Part shown: positions 51,195 through 63,530 of the stretch, one piece after another | How the letters are laid out: every line of letters begins with the position of its first letter | Numbering within the stretch: the first letter of the stretch is position 1 | Assembly (NCBI RefSeq): GCF_001194135.2 | Contig: NC_068984.1 | Location: 45,278,197-45,342,196 of the forward strand | From: Octopus bimaculoides | Lineage: Eukaryota | DNA: 64,000 nucleotides | Direction: 5' to 3' | Translations under genes and position numbers: made by a program | The notes under the pieces: model-generated | Databases searched by the model: none | Told to the model about the DNA's origin: nothing | Seen by the model: only the letters and a program-made list of their open reading frames with translations

Positions 51195-51408
51195 GACGCT
51201 GGGCTGACGAAATCATTAGCATGTTGGGTTAAATGCTTAGCAGCATTTCATCTGTCTTCGTGTTCTGAGTTCAAATTCTGCCCAGGCTGACTTTTCTTTT
51301 CATCTTTTTCAGGGTCGATAAAATAAGTATCAGTCAAGCACTAATGTCGATGTAATCGACTTAGCCCCTGCCCCGAAATTACTGGCCTTGTGCCAAAATT
51401 TGAAACTA
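51195..51408 (+). mobile_element. SINE family A
   Basis: GAGTTCAAATTCTGCC...GGTCGATAAAATAAGTA...GGCCTTGTGCCAAAATTTGAAAC. Confidence 0.8.
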
Positions 51409-51603
51409 ACATAAGGATAAAGAGTATAAATTTTTTTGGAGGAGTATAGATGTTTGAATTTTCTCCTATCTCGTTTAACTGTTACATGTTTTTATTGGAC
51501 CCTGGAAAGATGGTAGACAAAGTAGAGTGTGGGAGTCTTTGATCTCCCTATATTGAATGTATTAGAGCACATGCTTCTTAATTGCTTCATATATGCTCTT
51601 ACA

Positions 51604-51987
51604 GTGGAGGCGCAATGGCTCAGTGGTTAGGGCAGCGGACTCGCGGTCATAGGATCGCGGTTTTGATTCCCAGACCGGGCGTTGTGAGTGTTTATTGAGC
51701 GAAAACACCTAAAGCACCATGAGGCTCCGGCAGGAAATGGTGGTGTACCCTGCTGTACTCTTTCACCACAACTTTCTCTTACTCTTACTTCCTGTTGTAC
51801 CTGTAATTCAAAGGGTTAGCCTTGTCACACTGTGTCATGCTGAATATCCCCGAGAACTACTTTAAGGGTACACGTGTTTGTGGAGTGCTCAGCCACTTGC
51901 ACGTTAATTTCACGAGTAGGCTGTTCCGTTGATCGGATCAACTGGAACCCTCGACGTCGTAAGCGACGGAGTGCCAACAACAACAAC
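51604..51987 (+). mobile_element. SINE family C, copy 4
   Basis: TSD ATATGCTCTTAC at 51591-602 and 51988-99. Confidence 0.9.
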
Positions 51988-54685
51988 ATATGCTCTTACT
52001 GAAATGAAGGAACATTACAAATTCCTGTCTCACTATATGATATTCACGACGTCTATTACTTTGAAGTTGTATTTGTAAGAAAACGAAAAACAACAACAAT
52101 AATAGCCAAAAGCACATGAGTGTCATATAACAAAACCATTTCCTGTCACTATAAAAATGAGGTCCTACAGATATGTGTAAGAAATAATAACTAACTCAGA
52201 GACAAAGCGAAGGACCTATAACATGTTAGCTGAGCACCTTAGAGTATTTGCCTCATCTAAATAGTCACATGGCTATATCACATGACTGACATTGTGACTT
52301 CTTCCTACCATATTTATCTCCTCTCATTTCACCACTTAATTGATGATAGAAATAAAGCCTCAAGGATGGTGGAGTACTTTTATTGTTGGTTTTTTTTTTT
52401 ATATATATATAATCATTTATTTATCCTGTTTTGAACCAGCTGACTCATGAAACTAGAACTTAATCAAATTTTTAGATGACTAGACTGAAAGTGCAACAGG
52501 ATTCCCCAACTGAACAGGACATCAGTCTGTCTTGCACAAGATATGATGTCATAGAAAAGACCATATACCATCCCTTTAAGTTTTAGGGGTTTCACTAAAC
52601 TCTTTGTCTTCCTGTAGATTATTCATGGTAAATAAGGCTATCAGAGTCTTTTTTTTTCTCTTTCCTCTGAGTTAAACTGTTCAGTGTAAGCTATCAGAAC
52701 ACTCATTAATTTTACAGTGCTCCTGCACTTTGCTGTGGAAAGCTGTTCTACCAATTCTGTAATAGACACAGCTTGTTACTAAGTGATTTGAAAGCTTAGT
52801 AAATTGCAACTTGCCTTGCTATATTTGTTCTGGGTTTCTGTGGTGTGAGTTCAAATCTTGCTGGGGTTCAATTTTTGATATATTTTGGTAGTGGGTGGGT
52901 GGGTGGAATCAATAAAGCAAAATACCAATCCAGAGAAGTGGATTGGCCAAATTGTTAGAATGTCAGTTGAGGTTTCTTGTAGTATCTGTCCTGGTTCCTT
53001 GCATTTTAGTTCTTGGGTGTTAGATTTAATCTGTTGCCCAACACTTCTTTCATGCCGCCAAGGGAAGACAAGTACTCTTTTTTTTTTTTATATCTTCAAA
53101 GAAGAGTCATCAGATATTCATAAACCTTGGAGTGATGTACCAGCTGAATCCCTGCCTTATAAACCCTACTTTTATGGAGCCCATCTATGGTAATTAATGT
53201 CACATATGGTGCTTGCAACATAACATAGATGTACTGAGGAAGAGTACCAAATATACTAGCATTAGGGAGAAACCAGTGGGCCCCTTTGGGCTTGATGGTG
53301 CGAGGATGCTGATTTTATAGACCCTGAAAAAGCTGGTGACTAATGACTTTTGTTTCTTAATAGCTAAAGAAAATAAATCATAAATAAAAGAAGACAGGTT
53401 CTTATCTAAGATAACATAGGAATTCTGGGATACATTATTTCATTAAATGATCATTGTATTTAGCCACAGGTCAGCACTAAATGGTGAAAGTGTGTGACCT
53501 AGTGACAAGGGTGTCGCAATCATGATCACAAGATTGTAAATTTCAATTCTCAGACCTGGCGGTATATTGTTTTCTTGAGCCAAATATTTCATATCATATT
53601 GCTATAGCTCACTCAACTGTAAATGAGTAACCAGCAATATACTGGCATCTCATGTAAGGAGGAATGTTGTGATCTTGGTCTCTTCTACTCCATGGAAGCC
53701 AGGCAACCAGCCCTATGAGTCCCAGCACATTAAGGCAGCACTAACTAAGCAGACCTACCACCAAAGATGTACCACACATCTCATCTTCTGTTTTTCAGAT
53801 GTAGTGCATCTAGGACTACATTATTGAAAGTATCCTTTATCAGGATGAGTGACCATCTATGTGCTACCATAGGCTGTTACATGTGTGAGTTTAAGAAGAG
53901 GCTACTATCATTCACAGGGTCTGTAGTTAGAGATCTTAGTAACTAAACGTGTCACTCAGATATTTACTTCATATGTCCCTTATATATATATGACTGCAAA
54001 GAAGATTTTGCAAACGAGGATATGAATCATAGAATCTCAGCCTGCACTGTCTAATTTTAAAGTGCATGAGGAAAACAATTTATGTATGGAAAACTTTAGT
54101 TCTGAGTAGATTAGATTACCGCTCACAGCTTTGATCTACAAATTCATCCAGTCTCATAGAAGAGATTGAATGATTGCAAAGAACATTCATCAGTAAAATG
54201 ACTTCATTTAAAAACCTTAATTACTGGGAACATCTGAAAGCTTTGCATCTTTACTCTCTTGCACACCAAAGAGAAGATATATTATGATATATGTATGAAA
54301 AATCCTGTAGGAGTATATTCCAAACATCAGCATTAGAGTGAATTTTAAAGCACAAAATGTACAAACTGGTAGATGCTGTTGGCTTCCAAATATACCACTT
54401 CGAAATCATGAGCAAAAACATTTTATTGAAGTAGCGTGATATTTAGAGGTCCTCAACTGTTCAACTGCCCATCTAAAAGAATCATAAATATAAAAGGGAC
54501 CTCTGCTGAAACATTATAAACCATTGCGTAAACTATCGGCGATAATGGACCCATGAACCATTCAAGGATACACTCTGGGAAGATCACCTGCAACAAACTC
54601 AATGACCAACTCTGGCCATAAAGAAACAACAAAATTGACAGAAAATGAATTAAGATGGTGCTCCAGCATAGCCATAGTCCTAAAA

Positions 54686-55312
54686 CTGAAACCACTAAAA
54701 GTTGGATTCTTTTTGAACACATCTTGTATGTATATATATATACATCATCATCATCATCATCATCATCATTTAACGTCTGCTTTCCATGCTAGCATGTGTT
54801 GGACGATTTGACTGGGGACTGGCGAGCCAGATGGCTGCACCAGACTCCAATCTGATCTGGCAGAGTTTCTACAGCTGGATGCTCTTCCTAACGCCAACCA
54901 CTCCGAGAGTGTAGTGGGTGCTTTTTACATGCCACCAGCACGTGTGTGTGTGTGAAAGAAAAAAAACCTCAGAACGCAATCAATTATCAAAGCTGGTATC
55001 AGATGCAATAGATACATTTTATACCTTGGCATTAATTCTAAGATGCTGAGTGTTAAGAATATATTTGTGCATTTTCCACAAGCATCAATGATGCAAGGTG
55101 AATTCAATTGTGAATCGAAACCTTGATGTAGACTTGACTTACCAAGAGCTTACCCCATCACAAGGATTGTAATACTACTTTTCAAACACTTGCAGTTCAT
55201 CTAGCTGTATCTTCTCTTTCTGCCTCTTCTGGTGATGATGATGATGATGATGATGTATATATATATACATACAAGATGTGTTCAAAAAGAATCCAACTTT
55301 TAGTGGTTTCAG
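54686..55312. repeat. Perfect 80-bp inverted repeat (54686-54765 / 55233-55312), 467-bp spacer
   Basis: CTGAAACCACTAAAAGTTGGATTCTTTTTGAACACATCTTGTATG(TA)6(CAT)7CA is identical in both arms. Confidence 0.9.
54743..54942 (-). mobile_element. RTE 3' tail fragment (same family as 48583-49594)
   Basis: (CAT)9TTAACGTCTGCTTTCCATGCTAGC...CCTAACGCCAACCACTCCGAGAGTGTAGTGGGTGC. Confidence 0.9.
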
Positions 55313-57225
55313 ATTTCTTTGTCAAATGCATTGCTTATGTTTTGAATTAAAAGGGCATTATTTCAAAGCATCGAGCTTTCAATGATGTGATTGTTATTTT
55401 TAAAATGACATTGTAGGGTAGGTGTGAGAGGTTGGATCTGGTCAGTTCTAACATAAAACAGGCAGAATATTTGGGCCAGGTATGGTCGGATTAAATGCTA
55501 AAGGGGTTAATTCTTCTAAAGTCAACGACAGTATATCAGCTCCACCAAAACCCAACTATCTCATCCATCCTTTCTGCTTTCTTTTCAGCTCTTCTGTATC
55601 TAAACTTTTAAATCCTGCACTGAGAATTTTTACCAATATATTCAACTGGAAACCTTACCTATATTTTACAATGGCTACTAATATATAAAAAATTAAAATC
55701 AAAGATATATATATATATATATGCATTAAACTTTCTCAACCATTCCTCACGTAAGTCAAAAAGGAACGACGAAAAGTTACGGGCCTGATTTGTCACGTGT
55801 CTAAGTTGAATACAACACACACACACACAAATATTAATATTCGTTTCAGAATATATTTCAAGGAAAATTTTCTGTGCCTTCTACTGATTTAATTCCAGAC
55901 CTATCAAGCTATATGTTTGTATAATGCAGAAATACACTCCTCCCTTTCTGTCAACCTTTGTCACTCTTTAATGCTTTCCACAATCCCCGTTCAACTTTGT
56001 ATTTCCTCTCCTCTCCTCACACACCTTCTCTCACTCCCTTACATTACAACTTTTCCCTTTGTTATCTCTTCTCCTATATCCTTCAGCACTCCTTCTGTTC
56101 CACAACACCTAACCCCGTCTAATTTTTAATCATTGTCTTTCATCGAGCAATACCATGCACACACACACACACACTGTGTGTGTGTGTGTGTGTGTGTGTA
56201 TGTTATGTGTTGTGTGTGTGTGTGTGTGCATGTACGTGCGTGTATGCATGTGTCTGCACGTGTGTGTATGCGTGTTTGTGCATGTGTGCATTTGTGTGTG
56301 TATGTAACAATATTTCATTCCCACCCCCTTTCCCATTTGTCATATCTTTCCATTTCAAATCTCCACCCGTTCTCTCATATGTTGCCTCTACGTATTTTAA
56401 ACTATATTTATTTCTCACTTTCTCATTAGCTTCTGCTCTCCTCTCTCTCTCTATCTATCTATCTATCTCTATCTGTCTCTCTCTCTTTTTCTCCCCCTGG
56501 TTCTCTCAATTTCCAACGTAGTTTTTCACCCTTATTCATAATTTCTATCTTGTCTCTCTTTTTCATTGCGCAGTACCGCTTATCTCTCTGCCTTTCCCTC
56601 CAAATATATCTCTCTTATTCTCTTTTTACTAGTTTTCCCTTTCTTCCTCAATTTCACAAATACTCTTTCATTGCGCAATAACATTTTATCGGTCTGTCTC
56701 TCTTACGATTAAACATCATATCTTTCTAATATTTTTCCTATCATTTTCCTCTCTTCTCTCACTCTCTTGTTTTATCGCTTCTAATATCGTTATTTTGTTC
56801 CACTCTGCCTATCCTTACGACTCTATTAGTCTCTTTCACATACACTCACACACACCTTCTTATTCCTCCTTATTTACTACGCAATCACACGCACATGTGT
56901 AATCACATCATACAGTCATACATAAATGTTAGCTATAACAAGCGTTTCTAAAAATAACTAAGTCGACACAGCTGCAAAATAGTCCCTAATAGAAAACAAA
57001 CTATTCGGTTCATATAAACATTTACTGTCTTTATTTTCATAATTTGCGACCGAAATTCTATAAGAAATTAAGAAATTTCAAGAAACATCGAGTAAACTTC
57101 TACATTTATATTTTGTACCACATACATAGCGACTTAGATACAGAGACCGCGACAACCATTTGTATGTTTTTAGTTTATTTTTCTATGGCGTATTAATTAG
57201 AGATTTCTTTCGTTGTCTACAGCTC

Positions 57226-57322
57226 ATTGGCTGACAGTGAGCGTCGACCGAATAACCGCCCACTCTCGATAGTGAGTCGGTCTCATATATATAAGAGCCT
57301 CGCGCCTGATTATTTTAGTCAC
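57226..57322 (+). promoter_or_regulatory. Pol II core promoter, probably of the tribbles gene
   Basis: ATTGG (reverse CCAAT) 57226-30, GC box CCGCCC 57256-61, TATATAAG 57288-95, Inr-like TTAGTC with A at 57317 (29 nt from the TATA T). Local CpG enrichment at about 57240-57400 in a CpG-poor window; 2.1 kb upstream of the coding exon. Confidence 0.6.
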
Positions 57323-58101
57323 TGTGGGTGCCCGCTAGCAGTGGATTCCAGTGTTGAGTGTTCCGTCGTGAAGGGGTGTCGTGTCTCGTAACACGCCCCT
57401 CCCTGTCCTGGAAGTACTTTGTTTAGGGGTTGAAGAAAAACAAAGAAAGTGGTTACAACACGAGGAGACTCCCCCTACAATCACAAAGGAACATATATTT
57501 TTTCGTTGTTACAATCAATTGGATATATAATACAGTATATATATTTCATTGAATAATCAGCTGCTTTTTTAAAACAGCTGTAAATAATACAAGATATATT
57601 TTATATATCTTTTGTACACATAAAACTATTACATGAGTATTCTCATATACATATATAATTTACACAATCTTCTGTAAATTATATATTTATACATTGTTTC
57701 ATTGTTGTTTTGAATCATTAACAAATTAAGAAAAAAAAAAACGAAAACAATTACGGGATATATTTACAAGTTTATACGGATGAAAGAAACTATTATTATT
57801 GGTCAACTGTTAAAACAAGAGTTTTCTTGCACCTTATTATCATCATCTTAAAAGCAACCACCTGCGACGTAATAACGAGATCTAAAGCGATCTCATGCAA
57901 TATCGGACGCCTCTTTAATAGGTAAATCATTATTTCAACACCACATGACACTGACTAACAAACTGTTTTAAATATTTCATTTGTGGATAAATATATGAAT
58001 ATGTATACGTAAAATTATCTTAGTATTTTTTTATTGTATATATGTACATAGTTGTATTATATGTAACCTAACACCTTTACTGTGAAGGTTACACTAGTCT
58101 G

Positions 58102-58175
<74 letters not shown>

Positions 58176-59434
58176 AACTCTATGTCTGTGATTGTTTTAT
58201 AATTATTTGATTCTACATACCTCTGTCCGCTGCCAAAATGAGTCCCATAGAATACAAAATGTGGCGAAAGCTGGTGTTGTTTTGGCTGGTGGCTAACAGT
58301 TAACAGTTTTTTTAAGAGTCATAATGGAAACGTACACAGAGAAAGCCACTACTGCCAGTATCAAGACCGCAACATCTGCTAGAATTAACACTGTACAAAA
58401 GATGAATACTATAATGATTATTGCAGCTGCATCTATGAAATCTATGCCTTGATGTCTCTTCGCCACCACCCTTAACTATTCGCACCTATTGCATTTGTAT
58501 TCTAATAGTAACCTTAATCTTTTTTATTAGAGTTTCCAATCCACTTAACAGCTTGTTGCTTACCCTATTTCAGTAATAGTTTGAATAATTCATTACATAC
58601 TTAGTACCTTTTAATTACCTTTCGAAATACCAGACATATCTGAGATAAACTTTTTTCATGTTATAAGAACTACACATACACTGGTGGTACATAGACTCTA
58701 GATATAGATAGTGATATGTTCACACCTTTATACATAAATATTAAATATCTTTATATATATAGAATTTATTTATTGAATCAAGTTATGAGCCAAGTTGAGA
58801 AAACAGTATTTTGTTAAAAGGATCTGTATATAAAAATATTCAGAGGAGACACAAAAGGGCATTTAAATAGTGTAAAAGTTAAAGACAAGCGGCACAATTA
58901 TTTGGCATTGTTATAGTTATTTGTCATTTTCAAGTCATTAACGTCATCAAGAGCATTATATCATCATCATCATCATCATTGTTGATATCACCATCATTAG
59001 CTCTGGACACCACGAGGGCAGCAATCTTACATTCCAATCGACAATCTGACGAAACTTTCATTTGTGTTGAATCATAGATGAAAATAGTGCAGGAATCTTT
59101 AGCAATACAATAATAATTAATTAATAAACTGTCCGTTATTCCGACAAGCTGCTGTTTGTAAACAGTAAAATTTAGATATCCCTTGATTTACATCATCTTT
59201 AACTCGCCACGTATCAAGTGCAGATTTTTCTTTTGTAAATATCCACACACACACACATGTATATATAAACTGTTATAAATCTTTGTATTATATACATACT
59301 TAATTTATATTTCTTCTGTCTATATATATATTTATTTATATATAGATAGTTACATTCTCTATCAACTTGCTACCTTATTTTCTGGTAAAACTTTGTTCAC
59401 GGTTATTTATAAAGGGAGATCTTCGCGTGGTCCT

Positions 59435-59737
59435 ATGACTGACTCCTTCAGTTTGCACTGCACACCTATGAGTGGGTTCTCTCGGTCCCGCCCTAGAACA
59501 CCGTCATATTATGCATCCCCTCGGGAGGAAAAAACTGCCGAGGTTGTGGATCCCACACCGGCGGCTAATCCGGGTAATCTTAGTCCCGACTTACAACCAT
59601 CATACACACCGGACTTTCCTAAGGCCTGCGGGAACTTACAACTGGAAAAATATACTCTCATAGAACTGCGTGAATATAAAGATCGGAATGTTTACAAGGC
59701 ACACAACACACATACCAACAGAGAATCCATTTGTAAA
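59435..59737 (+). CDS. trib2: Tribbles pseudokinase homolog (TRIB2-like), first coding exon; partial CDS
   Basis: Frame reads MTDSFSLHCTPMSGFSRSRPR...NLSPDLQPSYTPDFPKACGNLQLEKYTLIELREYKDRNVYKAHNTHTNRESICK. This aligns by eye to vertebrate TRIB2 N-terminus ([20 protein letters not shown]...[50 protein letters not shown]): S/P/T-rich PEST-like N-terminus, degenerate G-loop, beta3 Lys. Phase-0 donor AAA|GTAAGT at 59737/59738. Start is ATG 59435 or ATG 59468. No exon 2 found by 64000. TRIB2 versus other paralog naming is approximate. Confidence 0.85.
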
Positions 59738-59892
59738 GTAAGTGCATAATTTTACCTAAAAGTTATTTATTTCACGAAGATTTTAAACATGGTGTTATTT
59801 TCTTTTTGTCTGGTGTTCATGAAAGTTGACTGTAATTGTCTCGAGTAATTTATATATGTTGATTCGGAGCTCTAGAATTATAAGCATTTTCA

Positions 59893-60083
59893 GGTACTAC
59901 TAAAGCAGCACGTTCCCGAACGTGTAGTCGTGCGTCCGCGCTAGCTAGTCTTGAGTGGTCGATCCTAACCCTAACCCTGTCCCTAACCCGCGTGTGCAAA
60001 TGAATAAGTGTTTCGGGTTAGGGTTAGGATCGACCACTCACGACTAGCTAGCGCGTTCGGGACCTTGCTGCTTTAGTAGTACC
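59893..60083. mobile_element. 191-bp foldback MITE with GG termini, 8-bp TSD and telomeric repeats (Merlin-like), in tribbles intron
   Basis: TSD CATTTTCA at 59885-92 and 60084-91; TIR GGTACTACTAAAGCAGCA...; inner 41-bp arms ending in CCTAACCCTAACCC / GGGTTAGGGTTAGG. Confidence 0.85.
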
Positions 60084-61729
60084 CATTTTCATTTGGGTTG
60101 ATAACCTGTATTTTATTTTTCTCTTGAATTTCATTAAAAAAAAAATTGTCTACAAGAATTTTTAGATATTTGTTAGAGTCCTCCGTAATTACAAACCACA
60201 TTAGTTAGGTACCAAGTTTGATATTTTCGTGTGTGATATAAGGACATGATTAGTCAGACTGTTGTAGCCTGTGACACTACTTTCTATGTATGACTACTAA
60301 TAAAATATTTGAATGTTTACGTGGTAGCTCGAATTATGCCCCGCCTTGAGTAACATTCTTGATAAGTGACCTCGCTACATTTCAGAATGAACAGCGGGAT
60401 TAAAATGCCACAAGTTATATATATATATACATATATATATAAGGAGCTTAGTGCTAAAAGTGTGCAAGTCACCTAGATTTTCGTGTGATTTTTGTAGTTT
60501 AACGATTTTTGTAATTTAATAGTTAAATTTCTTAATCATTCAAGAAATGACGCAGTTAAGTCATATTTACAGATGATTCGTCTGTTGGAGATCACAAGTT
60601 AGACATATAGAGCATTACGTTTGTTTCAAATGGATGTATAGAACGGGGGTAAAGGCTGTCTTTTAGTGAGCCCGAGGAAATTATTGTCGAGTGCCCCAAT
60701 TAACGACCTCGTGGTGCTGCTTTATGGCAAACTTGCTAATGTTTTATTTTGCCTTACTCAAAAAGGAGCTATGATTGGGTTTCACTTAAGTAGTTTTTAA
60801 ACTAATGATAGATAGACAAAACGAAACAAAAGTCCTCCATGTCAAATGGCTAATGTTTTTAAATCCGCTTTGAGAAACATTTCAGCAAATGTTTACTTTC
60901 TAATTGACCCTTTTATACGCTGCATCTAGATATGCTTACATTTGCGCAAATAGATATTGCAGATAACCTCTTCGTGGTTGCTTGACAAACTAGAAATAGC
61001 TAAATGTTCTTCAAATTAAACCCTGCCATTCCTACAAAAGCAAGAACTTGCTGAACAACGTAATCTTAAAAGAAAATGTATGGTCACGGGTGAAGCACCT
61101 CTAATCATAAGATCCTCAATCAGAGTTGATTTAGGGGCTATGCATCAGGAAACTTCTTTTCGTGGGAGTTTAAAAAAATTTTTTTTTTGTTAACGAGTTA
61201 TATAAATAGAAAAATGGGCGATCCTTCGATATTGGTATATGGAATGTCGGTGTGAGGCGACGCCGTCATTCCCCCCTCTTTTTGAGCCTAGCCTCTTTAT
61301 CTATGTCACGAGGGAAGGTCGTGTGGGTGAATGACGTCGTGTATCAATACCGAAGGATTGCGAAATGTCTGTTCAGTGACTTCATTGTAGCGAAATGGAA
61401 TAAGAAAACCCAGTTTACATGGTTGTACTCAATATAACAAATACGAAAGCGGTAGTCGGCTTTACTGCGTAGTAACGGCGAATAAAACTTGAGTTTCATT
61501 CAATGATTAAATGAAAGAGTGTGTGGTGTGAGGTAGATCAGCAGGCATAACTGTTGAATGCCTTCCTCCTAGCTCCAACTCCACTCAGAAAACGAGCTAG
61601 TTACTAGCTCTACCAGTATTTATATATTGCGTCATCGGTGACTTGGTTGTTGCTCTGTCAGTGTGTGTACGAATCACTCACTGGTTGGTCAATATCGTTA
61701 TCCCAGCTCTATTGCAGAATAAACGAGCA

Positions 61730-61920
61730 TATTAGCAGAATGGGTAGAGCAATATTCAATTAGAACCCTTTGTGTTCTGAGTTCAAATCCCGCTAAGATC
61801 ATTTTTTTGCTTTTTTTTATCGTTCTTCCTGAGGTCGATAAAATAAAGTATCAGCCGAGTTGTAAGGTTGATATAATTGAGTATATACTATATAAAAGTA
61901 TTTAAGGCTTTGTGCTAGGA
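61730..61920 (+). mobile_element. SINE family A, diverged
   Basis: GTTCTGAGTTCAAATCCCGC...GAGGTCGATAAAATAAAGTA. Confidence 0.6.
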
Positions 61921-63334
61921 AATCGATAAATATACGGTTGTTTTTTTTTTGGTTTTTTATCATTCTACAATGAAAGTAATATCAAGTGAAAGTTTGACTT
62001 GTACTTTATCACAACTTAAAATTATGGCCTGACGCATATTTATAAGTGTGTAAATATATTTCGTTTGTAAGTGTATAAACATTGTCTGCGATTGTAATTG
62101 CATTTTCATTCTTGAAAAGAAAAAAAAGTTCTTCAGAAAGTGAGACATTACAATACTAATATCTAGTTATTAAATACTCCCATTATTTTTCGGATATTCT
62201 GCATTCGGTCAAATAGCTATTTTTCTTAAGATTGTATGTTATAGTATTATAGATCAAAGTTGAGGGAGATCGAAAGGTGAGGGTTGTGTACTGTAGTGAA
62301 CTCATTTGGCTATTTGGTAGATATTGTATGTACGTGATGAGCTTAATAACTGAAAAGAGGAGGTGGAAAAGATTGTGTTGTGTGAGTGAGCATCATAACC
62401 TAGTTACGGACTGGGTGTGTATTTAATGCAGAAACAGACAATACAGGTAGTTTCTAGAGCCATCGAAGGGAAATAACTGAAATAGTGACAGAGGGTGTGT
62501 CTTTGGGAACAAGTAATGGCGTGTGTAAGGTGAATGGATATAAAGTCACAATTTTGGCTTTGAAGAAAAAAGTTACATGGAAACTGTCGCTTTTCATTTA
62601 TGAACTATACAGTCGTTTAACTAAATTCTTAGCAGTTTATTACCTTATAATATAAGATGACTATACAATGATAAAGCAATTTATTTCATAATATACTTCA
62701 GAAGGACACAAATTCACGTTTTATTCATTATCTTAAATGAAATATTGTAAAATTATTTCTGTGACTTTTCTCCTGTAACTTTTTTTTTCTTCAACTTTTT
62801 CCTATATGTGTTGTAAGAAGCGTGTTGTTAGATGGGATTTGTGACTGAGTTTCAAAGAGCTGTGTTAGTCAGGGTTGTCGCGAAACAGTTTTATCATTTA
62901 TTCTGAGTTGGGATTACATATTAAAGAAAGAAAGAAAAAACTTCATCTAATAACTTGCTGTTTTCACACTGAAACTAGGTAATGTGTAAATTCGAAACAA
63001 AGTTTTTTCTTCACTTCAGAACGAACGGGTATTTTTCAAGTTGTCACAAAAACTAAAATAAAGCGTACTCCGTTTCTTTCTCACTGTGTGTGTGTGTCCC
63101 TCGCTGTATATTCATGTAAGCTAAGGGAGGTATTTCACATTAACTCCTGCAGAAACTAAACACACGTGCATGGAATGGGGTTGTATTCGAACACGCACAT
63201 GGCGATGATGCACGCATATACCGCTTGTGTTCAGTTTGGGTTTTGTCGTTCAGGGTGTCTCTACTGAAATTTGTCTTCCGCTTTACAGAAACTAACTACT
63301 AATCACACATAGATGTGTGGATTTTCCGATTTTA

Positions 63335-63530
63335 GCACAAGGTCCCTAATTTTATGGAGAAGGCATTAGTTGATACCATCGATCCCAGTCCTTGACTGGT
63401 ACTGTATCTTACCGACCCCAGAGGGGTGAAATGCGAAGTAACTTCGATAGGATTTGAACACAGAACATAAAGAATTTAAAGAAATGCCGCAAAGCATTTT
63501 GTCTACGCTAACAATTCTAACACCTGGCTG
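63335..63530 (-). mobile_element. SINE family A, diverged
   Basis: TTTTAGCACAAGG...ATCGATCCCAGT..ACTGGTAC...TTTGAACACAGAAC. Confidence 0.65.

Noticed and set aside
63240-63300. Candidate tribbles exon 2 after TTTTGTCGTTCAG
   Set aside because: The frame closes quickly and lacks the expected kinase N-lobe/alphaC sequence.
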